Shown piece by piece: positions 48,654 through 64,000 of a DNA stretch of 64,000 nucleotides. The position numbers were made by a program, and so were the translations under genes. The notes under the pieces were generated by a model. The model worked only from the letters and a program-made list of their open reading frames with translations. It did not search any database and was not told the origin of the DNA. Within the stretch, counting starts at the first letter, position 1, and the number at the start of each line of letters is the position of its first letter. The DNA is taken from assembly GCF_009914755.1 (NCBI RefSeq), contig NC_060943.1; one strand, 5' to 3'. Source of the DNA: the human T2T-CHM13v2.0 reference genome, Homo sapiens.

Positions 48654-48772
48654 TCTGACCCTCACTCCTTCTTCTGACCCTTAATCTACCTGCTCCTCTT
48701 TCTTGGTAATTAGGGACTGATTTTTAATTCTGACACCCACAACAAAACCTTGTTCCCTTTGTTTTTGAGCAG

Positions 48773-48868
48773 GGCTTTCTGATACTAAGCCAAATGTGAT
48801 CTCCTTATTGGAGCAGAAGAAAGAGCCCTGGATGGTTAAGAGGAAGGAGACAAAAGAATGGTGTCCAG
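48773..48868 (+). CDS. ZNF568: KRAB-B exon (G)LSDTKPNVISLLEQKKEPWMVKRKETKEWCP
   Basis: tttttgagcag| acceptor and ccag|gtgagt donor; canonical 96-nt phase 1-1 exon with the KP.VIS.LEQ..EPW motif. Confidence 0.93.
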
Positions 48869-49158
48869 GTGAGTGACGATGAACCAGAATGAGGAGGCCA
48901 TAGCAGGTGGTCACTTAGCTCATCTGTGAGAAGGCAACACTTCAGGGATTTTGGTAGGAAAGCTGCCTAAAAAGGCTTGAGATCTGGGGAAGAAAGTAAG
49001 GATGTTGTAATCCCAGCAGTTTGGGAGGCTGAGGCGGGCAGATCACAAGGTCAGGAGTTCGAGACCAGCCTGACCAACATGGTGAAACCCCGTCTCTACT
49101 AAAAATACAAAAAAATTAGCCAGGCCTGGTGGTGCGTGCCTGTAATCCCACCTACTCA

Positions 49159-49296
<138 letters not shown>

Positions 49297-49299
49297 TTA

Positions 49300-49552
<253 letters not shown>

Positions 49553-49679
49553 TTACCAGGCTCTCTTGCTCACCTCCTATAATACCTCCCCCCTCATTTC
49601 AGAGAGGAAGTACCCTCTTTCTTTCCCTGTGACAACCATTTTACTTGCATTTTGGGTCCAGTTTTGTCCTGACTTTTTA

Positions 49680-52600
49680 AAACAGTTTTATTGAGATATC
49701 ATAAAATTCATCCATTTAAAGTTCAGTAATTTTTAGTCAGTTCACAACCATCACAACAGTCTAATTGTAGAACATTTGTATCACTCAAAATGAAACGCCA
49801 TACCCATTAGCAGTCACTCCCCAAATCCAGCCCTAAGCAACTACTGATCACTTTCTGTCTACATAGATGTGCCTGTTCTGGACATTTTATATTAATGATA
49901 TCACACAACATATAATTTATGACTGGCTTTTTTCACTTACCAGAATGTTTTCAAAGTTCATCCATAGTGTAACATATACCAGTGCCTCATTCTTTTATAT
50001 AGCCAAATAGTATTCCATGGTATAGATATTACCATTCTGCTCATTCATCAGTTGGTAGACATTTGGGTTGTTTCTACTTTTAGGCTATTTTGTATGACTA
50101 AAGCTGCCATGAACATTTGTATATAGGTTCCCTTCTTTTCTTCATTTGTTGAGTATTTTTGTCATGAAAGGATTTTAGAATACTTTTTACCATTACTTTT
50201 TCTGCATCTATTAAGACATCTGTAGTTTATGTCCTTTGTTGTATGAATATGTTTGATTACATTGATAACTTTTGGATGTTGAACCTACCTTGCATTTGTA
50301 GGATAAATTTTACCTGGATGTGGTATATAATCCTTTATGCTGTTGGATCTGGTTTGGTCTTTTTTGTTGAAGATACTGGTCTGTAGTTTTCTTGTGATAT
50401 CTTTGCTTTGTCTGGTTGGTATCAGGGTAATACAGGCCTCAGAATTAGAAAATGTTTCTTTGTCTTCTGTCTTTTTGAAGTGTTCATGGAGGATTTATAT
50501 TAAGTTTTCTTTAATGTTGGGTAAGTGAGGCCATTTGCTCCTCGGCTTTTCTTTATGGGAAGATTTTTTTGCTCTAATTCAGTCTCTTTATTTGGTATAG
50601 GTCTATTCAGGTATTCTATTTCCTCTTGAGTCAATTTTGGTAGTTTTGGGTCTTTTTAGGAATTTGTCCATTTTGTCTAAGTTATCTAACTTATTGGCAT
50701 ATAGTTATTCGTAGGAGTTCCTTATAACCCTTTTTATTTCTATAAGGTCAGTGGTGATATCCCCTATTTCATTCCTGATGTTAGTATTTTGAGACTTCTC
50801 TCTTTTTTTGTTGGTCAATCTAGCCAAAGATTTGCCAATTCTGTTGATCTTTTCCAAAGACCAACTTTTGGTCTCATTGATTTTCTCTGTTGTTTTTCTA
50901 TTCTCTATTTTGTTCATTGCTGCTGTGATCTTTTATTATTTCCCTCCTTCTGGAAGCTTTATGTTTTTGTTTATTCTTTATTATCTGGTTCCTTAAGATA
51001 TACAGTTAGATTGTTGATTTGAGATATCTCTGTTTTTTTTTCTTTTTTTTTTTAATATAGGTGTTTTTAGCTATAAATTTCCCTTTAAGCCCTGCTTTAG
51101 CTGCATTTCATAAGTTTTGGTATGTTGACTTTTCATTTATCTCAAAATATTTTTTAATTTTCTTCATGATTTCTTTAACACGTTGGTTATTTAGGAGTAT
51201 GTTATTTAATTTTCACGTTTGTGAATTTCCCAAATTTCCTTCTGCTGTTGATATCTAAGTTCATTCCATTGTAGTTGCAAAACATATTTTGTGTGATTTC
51301 AATCCTCTTACATTTATTGAGGGCTGTTTTATGGCTTAATATATGGTCTAACCTGAAAAATGTTCCATACATGCTTGAGAAAAATGTGTATTCTCCTGTT
51401 GTTGAGTGGAATGTTCTACAAATGTTTTCTTAGGTTTAATTGGTTTATAGTGTTTTTCAAGCAATCTGTTTCCTTGTTGATCTTCTGCCTAGCTATTCTA
51501 TCCATTATTGAAAGTAAAGTATTGAAGTCTTCAATTTGTTCAATTGTCTGTGGCTCTCTTTAATTCTTGTGTTACATACTTTGGGCCTGTGTTATTAGGT
51601 GTATATGTACTTACAACTGTTACAGTTTTCTGACTATCATTATATCCTCTTATCATTATAAAATATCCTTTTTTCTGATTTGTGTGTTGTTGTTGTTTTT
51701 TTCTGAGACGGAGTCTAGTGTTGTCGCCCAGGCTGGAGTGCAGTAGCACAATCTCTGCTCACTGCAACCTCCACCTCCCAGGTTGATGTGATTCTCCTGC
51801 CTCAGCCTCCCGAGTAGCTAGGATTACAGGTGCCCGCCACCACACCCAGCTAATTTTTGTTTCACTGTGTTGGCCAGGCTGGTCTTGAACTCCTGACCTC
51901 GAGATCTGCCGGCCTCAGCCTCCCAAAGTTCTGGGATTACAAGCGTGACCCACCGCACCCGGCCAAAATATCCTTTTTTCTCACTGGTTACAATTTTTGT
52001 CTTAAAGTTTATTTTGTCTGGTATTAGTAATGCTATTTTACCTCATTTTTGGTTACTCTTTGCATGGTATATCTTTTTCCATTCTTTCATTTCAACTATT
52101 TGTGTCCTTGAATCTAAAGTTTGTCTCGGGGGCTGGGCATGGTGACTTACACTTGTAATCCCAGCACTTTGGAAGGCCGAGGTGGGCAGATCAATTGAGG
52201 TCAGGTGTGTGAGACCAGTCTGGCCAACATGGCGAAACCCTGTATCTATTAAAAATACAAAAAATTAGCCAAGCATGGTGGCCCGTGCCTGTAGTCACAG
52301 CTACTCAGGAGGCCGAGGCATGAGAATCACTTGAACCCAGTGAGTGGAGGTTGCAATGAGCTGAGATCACGTCATTGCACTCCAGCCTGGGTGCCAGAGT
52401 GAGACTGTGTCTCAAAAACAAACAAACAAGCAAAAAACAGTGTGTCTCTGGTAGATTGCATATACTTGGATCACTTTTTTTTAATCCATCCTGCCAACCT
52501 CTTCTTGTAGTGCTTAACAAACTCTGTAGTGTTTAATATGTTTACATTTAATACACTGATGGGGTAGGATTTACAATTGGTATTGTGGTATTTGTTTTCT

Positions 52601-52910
52601 ATTTGTGTTGTTATTGTTTTATTCCTCTATTCTTCCATTACTACTTTCTGTTATATTACATGAATATTTTCTAGAGTACCATTTTTGTTCCTATATTGTT
52701 TCGTATACAGTAGTCTTTGAAATTATTTTCTTAGTGGTCGCCTTCAAGATTATAATTAGCATTTCAACTTAAAACAATCTAGTTTGGATTAATACTAGCT
52801 TAACTTTAATCTTATATAAATACTTTGCTCCAAAATACTTCTGTTCCCACCTCTCTTCTTTGTACTATTATTGTCATACAAATTACATATTTATACATTA
52901 TAAGCCAATA
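49680..52910 (-). mobile_element. Antisense L1M block with nested Alus (- 51675-51964; + 52131-52437)
   Basis: Minus-strand ORF NKIENRKTTEKINETKSWSLEKINRIGKSLARL...IRNEIGDITTD is L1 ORF2. Confidence 0.85.
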
Positions 52911-52911
52911 T

Positions 52912-53172
52912 TGGCAGGATAATAACCCCCTCAAAGATGTCTATATCCGAATCTCTGAAACTTGTGAACGTGTTACTCTTACATGGTAAGGGGGAATTCA
53001 GGTTGCAAATCTGCTCAACTTCAATTAGGGAGAGGATCTTAGGTTATCCAAGTGGGCCCAGTGTAATCACAAGGGTCTTTAAAAGTATCAGAGATGTGGC
53101 TGGGTGCAGCGGCTCACACCTGTAATCCCAACACTTTGGGAGGCTAAGGTGGGCAGATTGCTTGAGCCCAAA
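52912..53172 (+). mobile_element. MLT1-like LTR 5' fragment plus a truncated Alu left arm
   Basis: ggcaggataataaccccctcaaagatgtc...ttacatggtaagggggaatt, followed by ggctgggtgcagcggctcacacctgtaatccca. Confidence 0.65.
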
Positions 53173-53331
53173 AGCTCCTCGTTTTCTCATTTTTCACTTC
53201 CCTTTTTTTTTGTAATTGCAGTGTAAAGAATTGCTTATTAACTATTTTTATTTTGTCATTTCTACTTTCAGGACTTTTCTTTGTCCTGCAATGTGAAAAT
53301 ACCTCCTATTTTCTTTCTTATTATTTTGCAG

Positions 53332-54734
53332 ATTGGGAGTTTGGAAGAGAAACCAAGAATTTATCTCCAAAGGAAAACATTTATGAAATTAGATCACCAC
53401 AACAGGAGAAGGCCAGAGTTATCAGAGAAATCAGATGCCAGGTGGAGAGACAACAGGGTCATCAGGAGGGACATTTCAGACCAGCTGTAATACCATTTAC
53501 TTCCATGCAGTGCACAGCCCATAGAGAATATCAGTGGCTTCATACTGGAGAGAAATCCTGTGAATGCAGGAAATGTAAGAATGCTTTTAGGTACCAGTCA
53601 TGTCCTATTCAACATGAAATAATTCATAATAAGGAAAAAGAACCTGAATGTGGAGAATGTAGGAAAATCTTTAATAGTGGATCAGACTTGATTAAGCATC
53701 AGACGCTTCATGAAAGCAAAAAACATAGTGAAAATAACAAATGTACCTTTAATCATGATTCTGGAATTACTCAACCTCAGAGCATTAATACTGGAGAGAA
53801 ACCTCATAAATGTAAGGAATGTGGGAAAGCCTTTCATTCCAGCTCACAAATTAGTCAGCATCAGAGGATGCATCTTGGTGAGAAACCCTATAAGTGTAGG
53901 GAGTGTGGGAAAGCCTTTCCATCCACTGCACAGCTTAATCTACATCAGAGGATCCATACTGATGAGAAATACTATGAATGTAAGGAGTGTGGGAAGGCCT
54001 TTACCCGTCCCTCACACCTTTTTCGACATCAAAGAATCCATACGGGTGAGAAACCCCATAAATGTAAGGAATGTGGAAAGGCTTTTCATTATGACACACA
54101 GCTGAGCCTTCATCAGATAATCCATACTGGTGAAAGACGCTATGAATGCAGGGAGTGTGGAAAGGTGTACAGTTGTGCCTCACAGCTGAGTCTACATCAA
54201 AGAATTCATACTGGTGAGAAACCCCATGAATGTAAGGAATGTGGGAAAGCCTTTATCTCTGATTCACATCTTATTCGACATCAGAGTGTCCATACTGGGG
54301 AGAAACCCTATAAGTGTAAGGAATGTGGGAAGTCCTTTCGTCGTGGCTCAGAACTTACCCGACATCAGAGAGCTCATACTGGTGAAAAACCCTATGAGTG
54401 TAAGGAATGTGGAAAGGCCTTTACTTGTAGCACAGAACTTGTTCGACATCAAAAAGTTCACACTGGGGAGAGACCCCATAAGTGTAAGGAATGTGGGAAG
54501 GCTTTCATTCGAAGGTCAGAACTCACACATCATGAGAGAAGTCACACTGGTGAGAAACCCTACGAGTGTAAGGAGTGTGGGAAGGCCTTTGGTCGTGGCT
54601 CAGAACTTAGTCGACACCAGAAAATTCATACTGGTGAGAAACCATATGAATGTCAGCAGTGTGGAAAGGCCTTCATTGGGGCCTCACACCTTAGTCAACA
54701 TCAAAGAATTCATTCAGGACAGAGGAGTGAATGA
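53332..54734 (+). CDS. ZNF568: Terminal coding exon B: spacer, 2 atypically linked C2H2 motifs, 1 broken finger, then an 11-finger array (Zfp568-orthologous)
   Basis: ttattttgcag| acceptor, phase 1, reads (D)[11 protein letters not shown]... to TGA at 54732-54734. Helices SSSQ, STAQ, RPSH, YDTQ, CASQ, SDSH, RGSE, CSTE, RRSE, RGSE, GASH resemble mouse Zfp568 as I recall it. Confidence 0.92.
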
Positions 54735-54744
54735 AGAAATGAGG

Positions 54745-55000
54745 GATGGCTCAGAATTTGATTGACATGAGAAAGTTCATACTGATTTGGAAAAAAAAAA
54801 CTTATGATTCTAAGTGTGAGACACCTTATAAATGTTAGGAATTAGCAGGGATTTATTTATGTTTCAGAATTTATTACACATCATGATACAACTGGTGAAA
54901 AATTGAAGACCTCCATGAATGTGAAGAAAGTAGGGAGGCCTTTTTGGTGGCTCAGAACCAAGTCAACCTCAGGGAATTCAAATGGGGGAGAGGAGGGCAG
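54745..55000 (+). pseudogene. Decayed zinc-finger relics in the 3' UTR of exon B
   Basis: ggctcagaatttgattgacatgagaaagttcatact = GSEFD*HEKVHT; ccttataaatgttaggaa = PYKC*E; catgaatgtgaagaaagtagggaggccttt = HECEESREAF followed by ggctcagaa. Confidence 0.7.
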
Positions 55001-55094
55001 TGAATATGCTGAGAGGAGTTAATCATTCAGACCTTTATCAGCAGCAGAGTCATTAGCCCTTAGGGGAAATCAGATGATTCAAAATATAAATGCA

Positions 55095-57723
<2,629 letters not shown>

Positions 57724-58228
57724 TTAATATGTATAGAAAACAGGGCCAGTTAAGGACTAGGATTCATTCCGACTTCACCCTGTGTGCTCCTGTTCCTAGC
57801 AGGTTCTCAGTAAATATTTGATCATAGGAATGTGTGAATGATCCAAGGAGTGAGAGAGTGAATGAATAAGCATTCAACCCTTGGATGTAGAAAAGCTCTA
57901 GGAAAATTAATGGAAGGCAAAAACAAAACACAAAACTTTGAAATGAAAAGCATTGCACCCTATGAAGAAGAAACTCAAGCATAGTTGCCTATTCATTGGT
58001 GTTAACCACTCTCCTTTTGGCAGGATTGCCTGCTGCTCTTCTGAATCTGTAAATGCCAGATATTTGATCTCCTAGCTTGCCCTGCATCTGGTCACACATA
58101 TAATAGCCCTGGATACGGAAGATCTGTGCAAAAGTCTGCAAATGGGCTTCAGTTAAATTTTGTTTCCTAACAAAATGGGAGAAAATGGTCTTCTTAAATA
58201 CAAGATGCATGTCTGTTTGTCAGCGTGA

Positions 58229-58549
<321 letters not shown>

Positions 58550-60036
58550 TAACTTCTGACCTCATGATCTGCCCGCCTTAGCCTCATGCTGGGATTACAA
58601 GCATGAGCCACCACTCCCAGCCAACATTGTTGATATGATGAAACAATGAAGAACTGCCCTTTCCCTGGACTTGGTGCGAAATAAGAAACTGCAGGAGTAT
58701 GTTGTAAGTTTATTTTTATTTTTATTTATTTATTTATTTGAGACAGAGTCTTGCCCTGTCGCCCAGACTGGAGTGCAGTGGCACAATCTCGACTCACTGC
58801 AACCTCTACCTCCCAGGTTCAAGCGATTCTTGTTCCTCAGCCTCCTGAGTAGCTGAGACTACAGGCGTCTACCATCACGCCCAGCTAATTTTTTTCTATT
58901 TTTGGTAGAGACAGGGTTTCACCACGTTGCCCAGGCAGATCTTGAGCTCCTGGCCTCAAGTCATCAGCCCGCCTCAGACTCCCAAAGTGCTAGGATTATA
59001 GGCGTGAGCCACCGTGCCCACCTGCATATGTTGTAAGTTTATACTCCACTTTTTACAATATATCTGAGGCCTGGAAAGTTATTTTTAAAGACATTTTTAT
59101 ATATACACACATTCAACTTTCGTAAAGTTTATATTCAGCTTTTTATAGTACATCTGACATTGTAGAAAAGCATTTTCTTATATATAGTTGAAATATATAT
59201 TCAACTTTGATTTAGTAAAGTATATGAAAAACATAATTTACATTCAGCATTTTATAGTGTATGTTTATATTCAGCTTTTTATAGTATATGTGAAATCCTA
59301 GAAAAGTATTATTTTCCTGAATAAGAACCAGGAAGAAACTGATTAAAGAGCTATACCACATAATTTCTCTAGTACTAGATTATCTTACAGTCTTCTACCT
59401 CTTCAAGATACAAAAGTCATGGCTGTGAGGCTATCATTACCCTTTTACCAAAGTTGGAAAAGGACAGCATCCAAAATAAGTCAGCTATAAAAAAAAGTAA
59501 AGTCGGCCGGGTGCGGTGGCTCATGCCTGTAATCCCAGCACTTTGGGAGGCTGAGGCAGGCGGATCACTTGAGGTCGGGAGTTCGAGACCAGCTTGGTCA
59601 ACATGATGAAACCCCTTCTCTACTAAAAATACAAAAACTAGCCAGGCGAGATAGCACGTGCCTGCAATCCCAGTTAGTCAGGAGGCTGAGGCACGAGACT
59701 AGCTTGAACCCAGGAGACAGAGGTTGTAGTGAGCCGAGATCGCACCACTGCATTCCAGCCTGGGCGCCAGGGCAAGACTCTCTCAGGGAAAAAAAAAAAA
59801 AAAAAAAAAACAAAAACCTGATGTGTATGCTTCCATGCTTTGCCCACACTAAAGAAGCATACCCACAGCTAGATTTGTTTTGGTACCATAGGAGGTTTCA
59901 GGTTGGGGAGAGTAGTTTGAATGACATCGTGCATACACATTGAAGTGTCATCTCCTCTCCTCACTTGGTAACATACCAGGGACATCCTTCAAATTAATAC
60001 CTGTAGATCAAACTAGCTTGAAATTCTTACATAATG

Positions 60037-60238
60037 GAGTAGTTCCCCCTTATCCCTGGTTTTACAGTATATTGTTTTAATTGTTCTATTATTGGCTATT
60101 AGTTAACTTATAAGTTTTATCATAGGTATCTATGAATAGGAAAAAAGCATAGTATATGTAGGGTACAGTACTCTATACAGTTTCAGGCATCTACTGGGGA
60201 TCGTGGAACATGTACCCTGCAGATAAAGGACTATTCTA
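60037..60238. mobile_element. MER44-like Tigger MITE, internally deleted
   Basis: gtagttcccccttatcc...tttcaggcatctactgggg..tggaacatgtaccctgcagataa. Confidence 0.65.
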
Positions 60239-60797
60239 TAGACAAACCATATGCAGCCCATTTTTCCACTAATGAAAGTTCAGATTGGGGCCAGGCATGG
60301 TGCTCATGCCTGCAATCCCAGCACTTTGGGAGGCTGAGCCAGGTGGATGGCTTGAGCCCAGGAATTTGAGATCAGCCTGGGCAACATGGTGAAACCCTGT
60401 CTCTATAAAAAGTAAAAAAAAAAAAAAAAAAAAGTCAAGTGTGGTGGTGAGCACCTGTAGTCTCAGCTACTTGGGAGGTTCAGGGTGGAGAATAGCTTGG
60501 GCCCAGGAGGTTCAGGCTGCAGTGAGCCAAGATTGCACCACTGCACACCAGCCTGGGTGACAGGGTGAGACCTGTCTCAAGAAACAAAAAATTCAAGTTA
60601 TTTTACCAATAATTATACACCAAACAGTTTTGTTGTACATATATTGTTGCATGTTGTACTTTTATATCAATAAAGTAGGTGGAGTCCTACCAGTTGAATT
60701 CCTTGCCTACAACATAGTGGATTTAAAATATATTCATTAATGCCTTATTATTGTCTGAAATCATTAATCTTAATGGGAATTTATGTCCATTTCCTGA

Positions 60798-60989
<192 letters not shown>

Positions 60990-61369
60990 TGAGTAGCTGA
61001 GACTACAGGTGCCCACCACCACACCCAGCTAATTTTTGTATTTTTAGTAGAGACAGGAGTTTCACCATGTTGGCCAGGATGGTCTCAATCTCTTGACCTC
61101 GTGATCCACCCGCCTCAGCCTCCCAAAGTGCTGGGATTACAAGCGTGAGCCACCGGGCCTGGCCTGCATTTTCTTAACTGCCAGTGAGATTGAGCATCTA
61201 CCATGTCTAAGGGTCATTCAGTTCTGTTTCTGTGGATTGCTTATTTTTATCTCTTCCTTTTGTTTACATTGGAGTAGTTTTTAAAGCAATCTGTGGAAAC
61301 TTTGCTAAGGAGATTGTATTGTCATATGCTCTGCAGTTTAGCCTGCATCTTTTGCCATCGTTTATGGCA

Positions 61370-61815
61370 AACAGAGTTAACATATTTTTCTGTGAAGAGC
61401 CAGATAGTAAACGTGCAAGGCTTTGTAAGCCATACAGTCTCTACTCTGTCTTTGTAGTGTGGAAGCGCTTAATACATAAGCCAGGTGTTCTCAACCAGGG
61501 GCCATTTCATTTCTCATACCTACACCCCAGTAGGCATTTGGCAATGTCCAGAGTCATTTTTGGTTTTCAGTATGAAGGGTGGGTGCTGCTGGCGTCTGGT
61601 GAGCAGAGGCCAGGGATCCTGCTAAGCGTCCTACAATGCATAGTACAACTGCCCCCACCCCCCAAAAAAAGTCTCATCCAGAATGTCAGTAGTTCTGAGG
61701 TTGAGAAATTCTACCTATAAGCAAATGGACATTGTTGTGTTCCAATAAAACTTTATTTACAAAAAATAATCAGAAGGCCACATTTGGCCTGTGAGCTATA
61801 GTTTGCTTATCTCTA
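61370..61815. mobile_element. MER58A-like element with a MER20-like element nested at ~61482-61713
   Basis: MER58 halves (gagccagatagtaaa... and ttccaataaaactttatttacaaaa) flank cagg..ttctcaaccagggg...gaggttgagaaa. Confidence 0.7.
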
Positions 61816-62351
61816 TTTTAAATAGCTTTTTGCTATATGATAATATAGTTTTCTGTATTTGTTCCTGAATTGTCTCATTCACCCCAAATATTTTTCCAAA
61901 TTTTCTTCTATTTTATGCCTTTAAACCTTTACTAAATACAAATAATACACAGAAACAATAGCCCCTGTGTAACTACCACCTAATAATTAAGCATGTTGTT
62001 TTATTGTTTTGATTAAAAATTTATAAAAGAAATAAATCATTTCAGAAAAAAAAGTGTAGTCTTCTCTTTTTCTCTTTCCAGTCCTGCTCTTTGCCCTGTG
62101 TCTGCACAGCAATAACTTAGTGCACTAATATCTGTAAAACCAGCACGTATCCAATGTACAAGGACATGATACATACTATTATGTGCTTCTAAGTAACACA
62201 AATGGTGATACATCTTTCTGCAATTTCATTAACAATATGTGGGATCCAAAACCATTGAAAAATACTGATCTAATTCTTTTATCTGCTGTGTTGCCTTCTT
62301 ATTTATTTATTTATTTTTTGAGACGGAGTCTCATCTCACTCTGTCACCTAG

Positions 62352-62486
<135 letters not shown>

Positions 62487-63174
62487 TAGTACAGACGGGG
62501 TTTCACTGTGTTAGCCACGATGGTCTCAATCTCCTGACCTCGTGATCCGCCCACCTTGGCCTCCCAAAGTGCTGGGATTACAGGCATGAGACACCGCGCC
62601 CGGCCTGTGTTGCAGTTTTATACAATTTATTCACTGAAGTCCCTTTATTAGAGAAAAACAGTTGTAAATTTAAAAAACTATATATTTTAAGCACTCAGGA
62701 TTTAATAAAGGATTTTTGTAATTTGAAGAATGTTCAGTAGAGCCAAGAAAGCTTGTGGGCTTTACAACCTAGAAAAAAGTTGTAAGCAGAGAGGCTTAGA
62801 TCCACTACGGTACTGTTCAAGGAAAAGTGTCAGGGCTACTACTACCCACTGCTCATCACCTAGTGGTTGAGGGCCTGGATGCTGCAAACTTCCACAGTGA
62901 GCAGTTCTAAGCAAACCCCAAAGGCTGAGGAAGCTGAGGGGCCAAAGGAAGAGGCTGAAAAATCTAGTTTCTTGGAAACATTTTTTTGTTTGGTTTGGGT
63001 TTTTTTGTTGTTGTTGTTTGTTTGTTTGAGATAGTCTCACTCTATCGCCCAGGCTGGAGTGCAGTGGTGCCATCTCGGTTAAGCAATTCTCCTGCTGAAT
63101 TCAGCCTCTCGAGTCGCTGGGATTATAGGCGTGTGCCACCTGGCTATATTTTTGAATTTTTAGTAGAGATGGGT

Positions 63175-64000
63175 TGTGGGGAAAAGCAAGAGAGATCAGA
63201 TTGTTACTGTGTCTGTGTAGAAAGAAGTAGACATAGGAGACTCCATTTTGTTCTGTACTAAGAAAAATTCTTCTGCCTTGAGATTCTGTTAATCTATGAC
63301 CTTACCCCCAACCCCGTGCTCTCTGAAACGTGCTGTGTCAAACTCAGGGTTAAATGGATTAAGGGCTGTGCAGGATGTGCTTTGTTAAACAAATACTTGA
63401 AGGCAGCATGCTCGTTAAGAGTCATCACCACTCCCTAATCTCAAGTACCCAGAGACACAACACACTACAGAAGGCCGCAGGGACCTCTGCCTAGGAAAGC
63501 CAGGTATTGTCCAAGGTTTCTCCCCATGTGATAGTCTGAAATATGGCCTCGTGGGAAGGGAAAGACCTGACCGTCCCCCAGCCTGACACCCGTAAAGGGT
63601 CTGTGCTGAGGAGAATTAGTATAAGAGGAAGGAATGCCTCTTGCAGTTGAGACAAGAGGAAGGCATCTGTCTCCTGCCTGTCCCTGGGCAATGGAATGTC
63701 TTGGTATAAAACCGGATTGTACGTTCCATCTACTCAGATAGGGAAAAACCGCCTTAAGGCTGGAGGTGGGACATGCGGGCAGCAATACTGCTTTGTAAAG
63801 CATTGAGATGTTTATGTGTATGCATATCTAAAAGCATAGCACTTGATTCTTTACCTTGTCTATGATGCAAAGACCTTTGTTCACGTGTTTGTCTGCTGAC
63901 CCTCTCCCCACTATTGTCTTGTGACCCTGACACATCCCCCTCTCAGAGAAACACCCAATAATGATCAATAAATACTAAGGGAACTCAGAGGCTGGCGGGA
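63175..64000 (+). mobile_element. HERV-K(HML-2) LTR, LTR5_Hs-like, truncated by the window end
   Basis: Starts TGTGGGGAAAAGCAAGAGAGATCAGATTGTTACTG; TATAAAA at 63705, ATGCAAAG at 63865, AATAAA at 63967; interrupts an antisense Alu. Confidence 0.93.

Overview
Human (or very closely related great-ape) genomic DNA that I recognise as the 3' two-thirds of the ZNF568 locus in the chr19q13.12 KRAB-zinc-finger cluster. All genic elements are on the + strand. The window holds two different terminal zinc-finger exons. The first (7112-8688) encodes a 15-finger array; its KRAB exons lie upstream of the window. The second belongs to a complete gene-like unit: CpG island (~29.6-31.0 kb), a 47-nt ATG/bridging exon (31465-31511), KRAB-A (48198-48321), KRAB-B (48773-48868) and an exon with an 11-finger array plus 2 N-terminal C2H2 motifs (53332-54734). 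This unit corresponds to mouse Zfp568, the Igf2-P0 repressor. Splice phases allow either a stand-alone 543-aa protein or a double-KRAB read-through fusion. The haplotype appears to differ from the GRCh38 allele as I remember it, notably with CGA rather than a stop at 54612, which gives a full 11-finger array. The rest is dense primate repeat: >50 Alus, antisense L1 blocks, ERVL/MaLR LTRs, an ERVL integrase relic, hAT/Tigger elements, and an HML-2 LTR5_Hs-type LTR cut by the window end. Almost all short ORFs in the supplied track are Alu/L1 artefacts. Repeat subfamily names are by-eye recognition and repeat boundaries are approximate.
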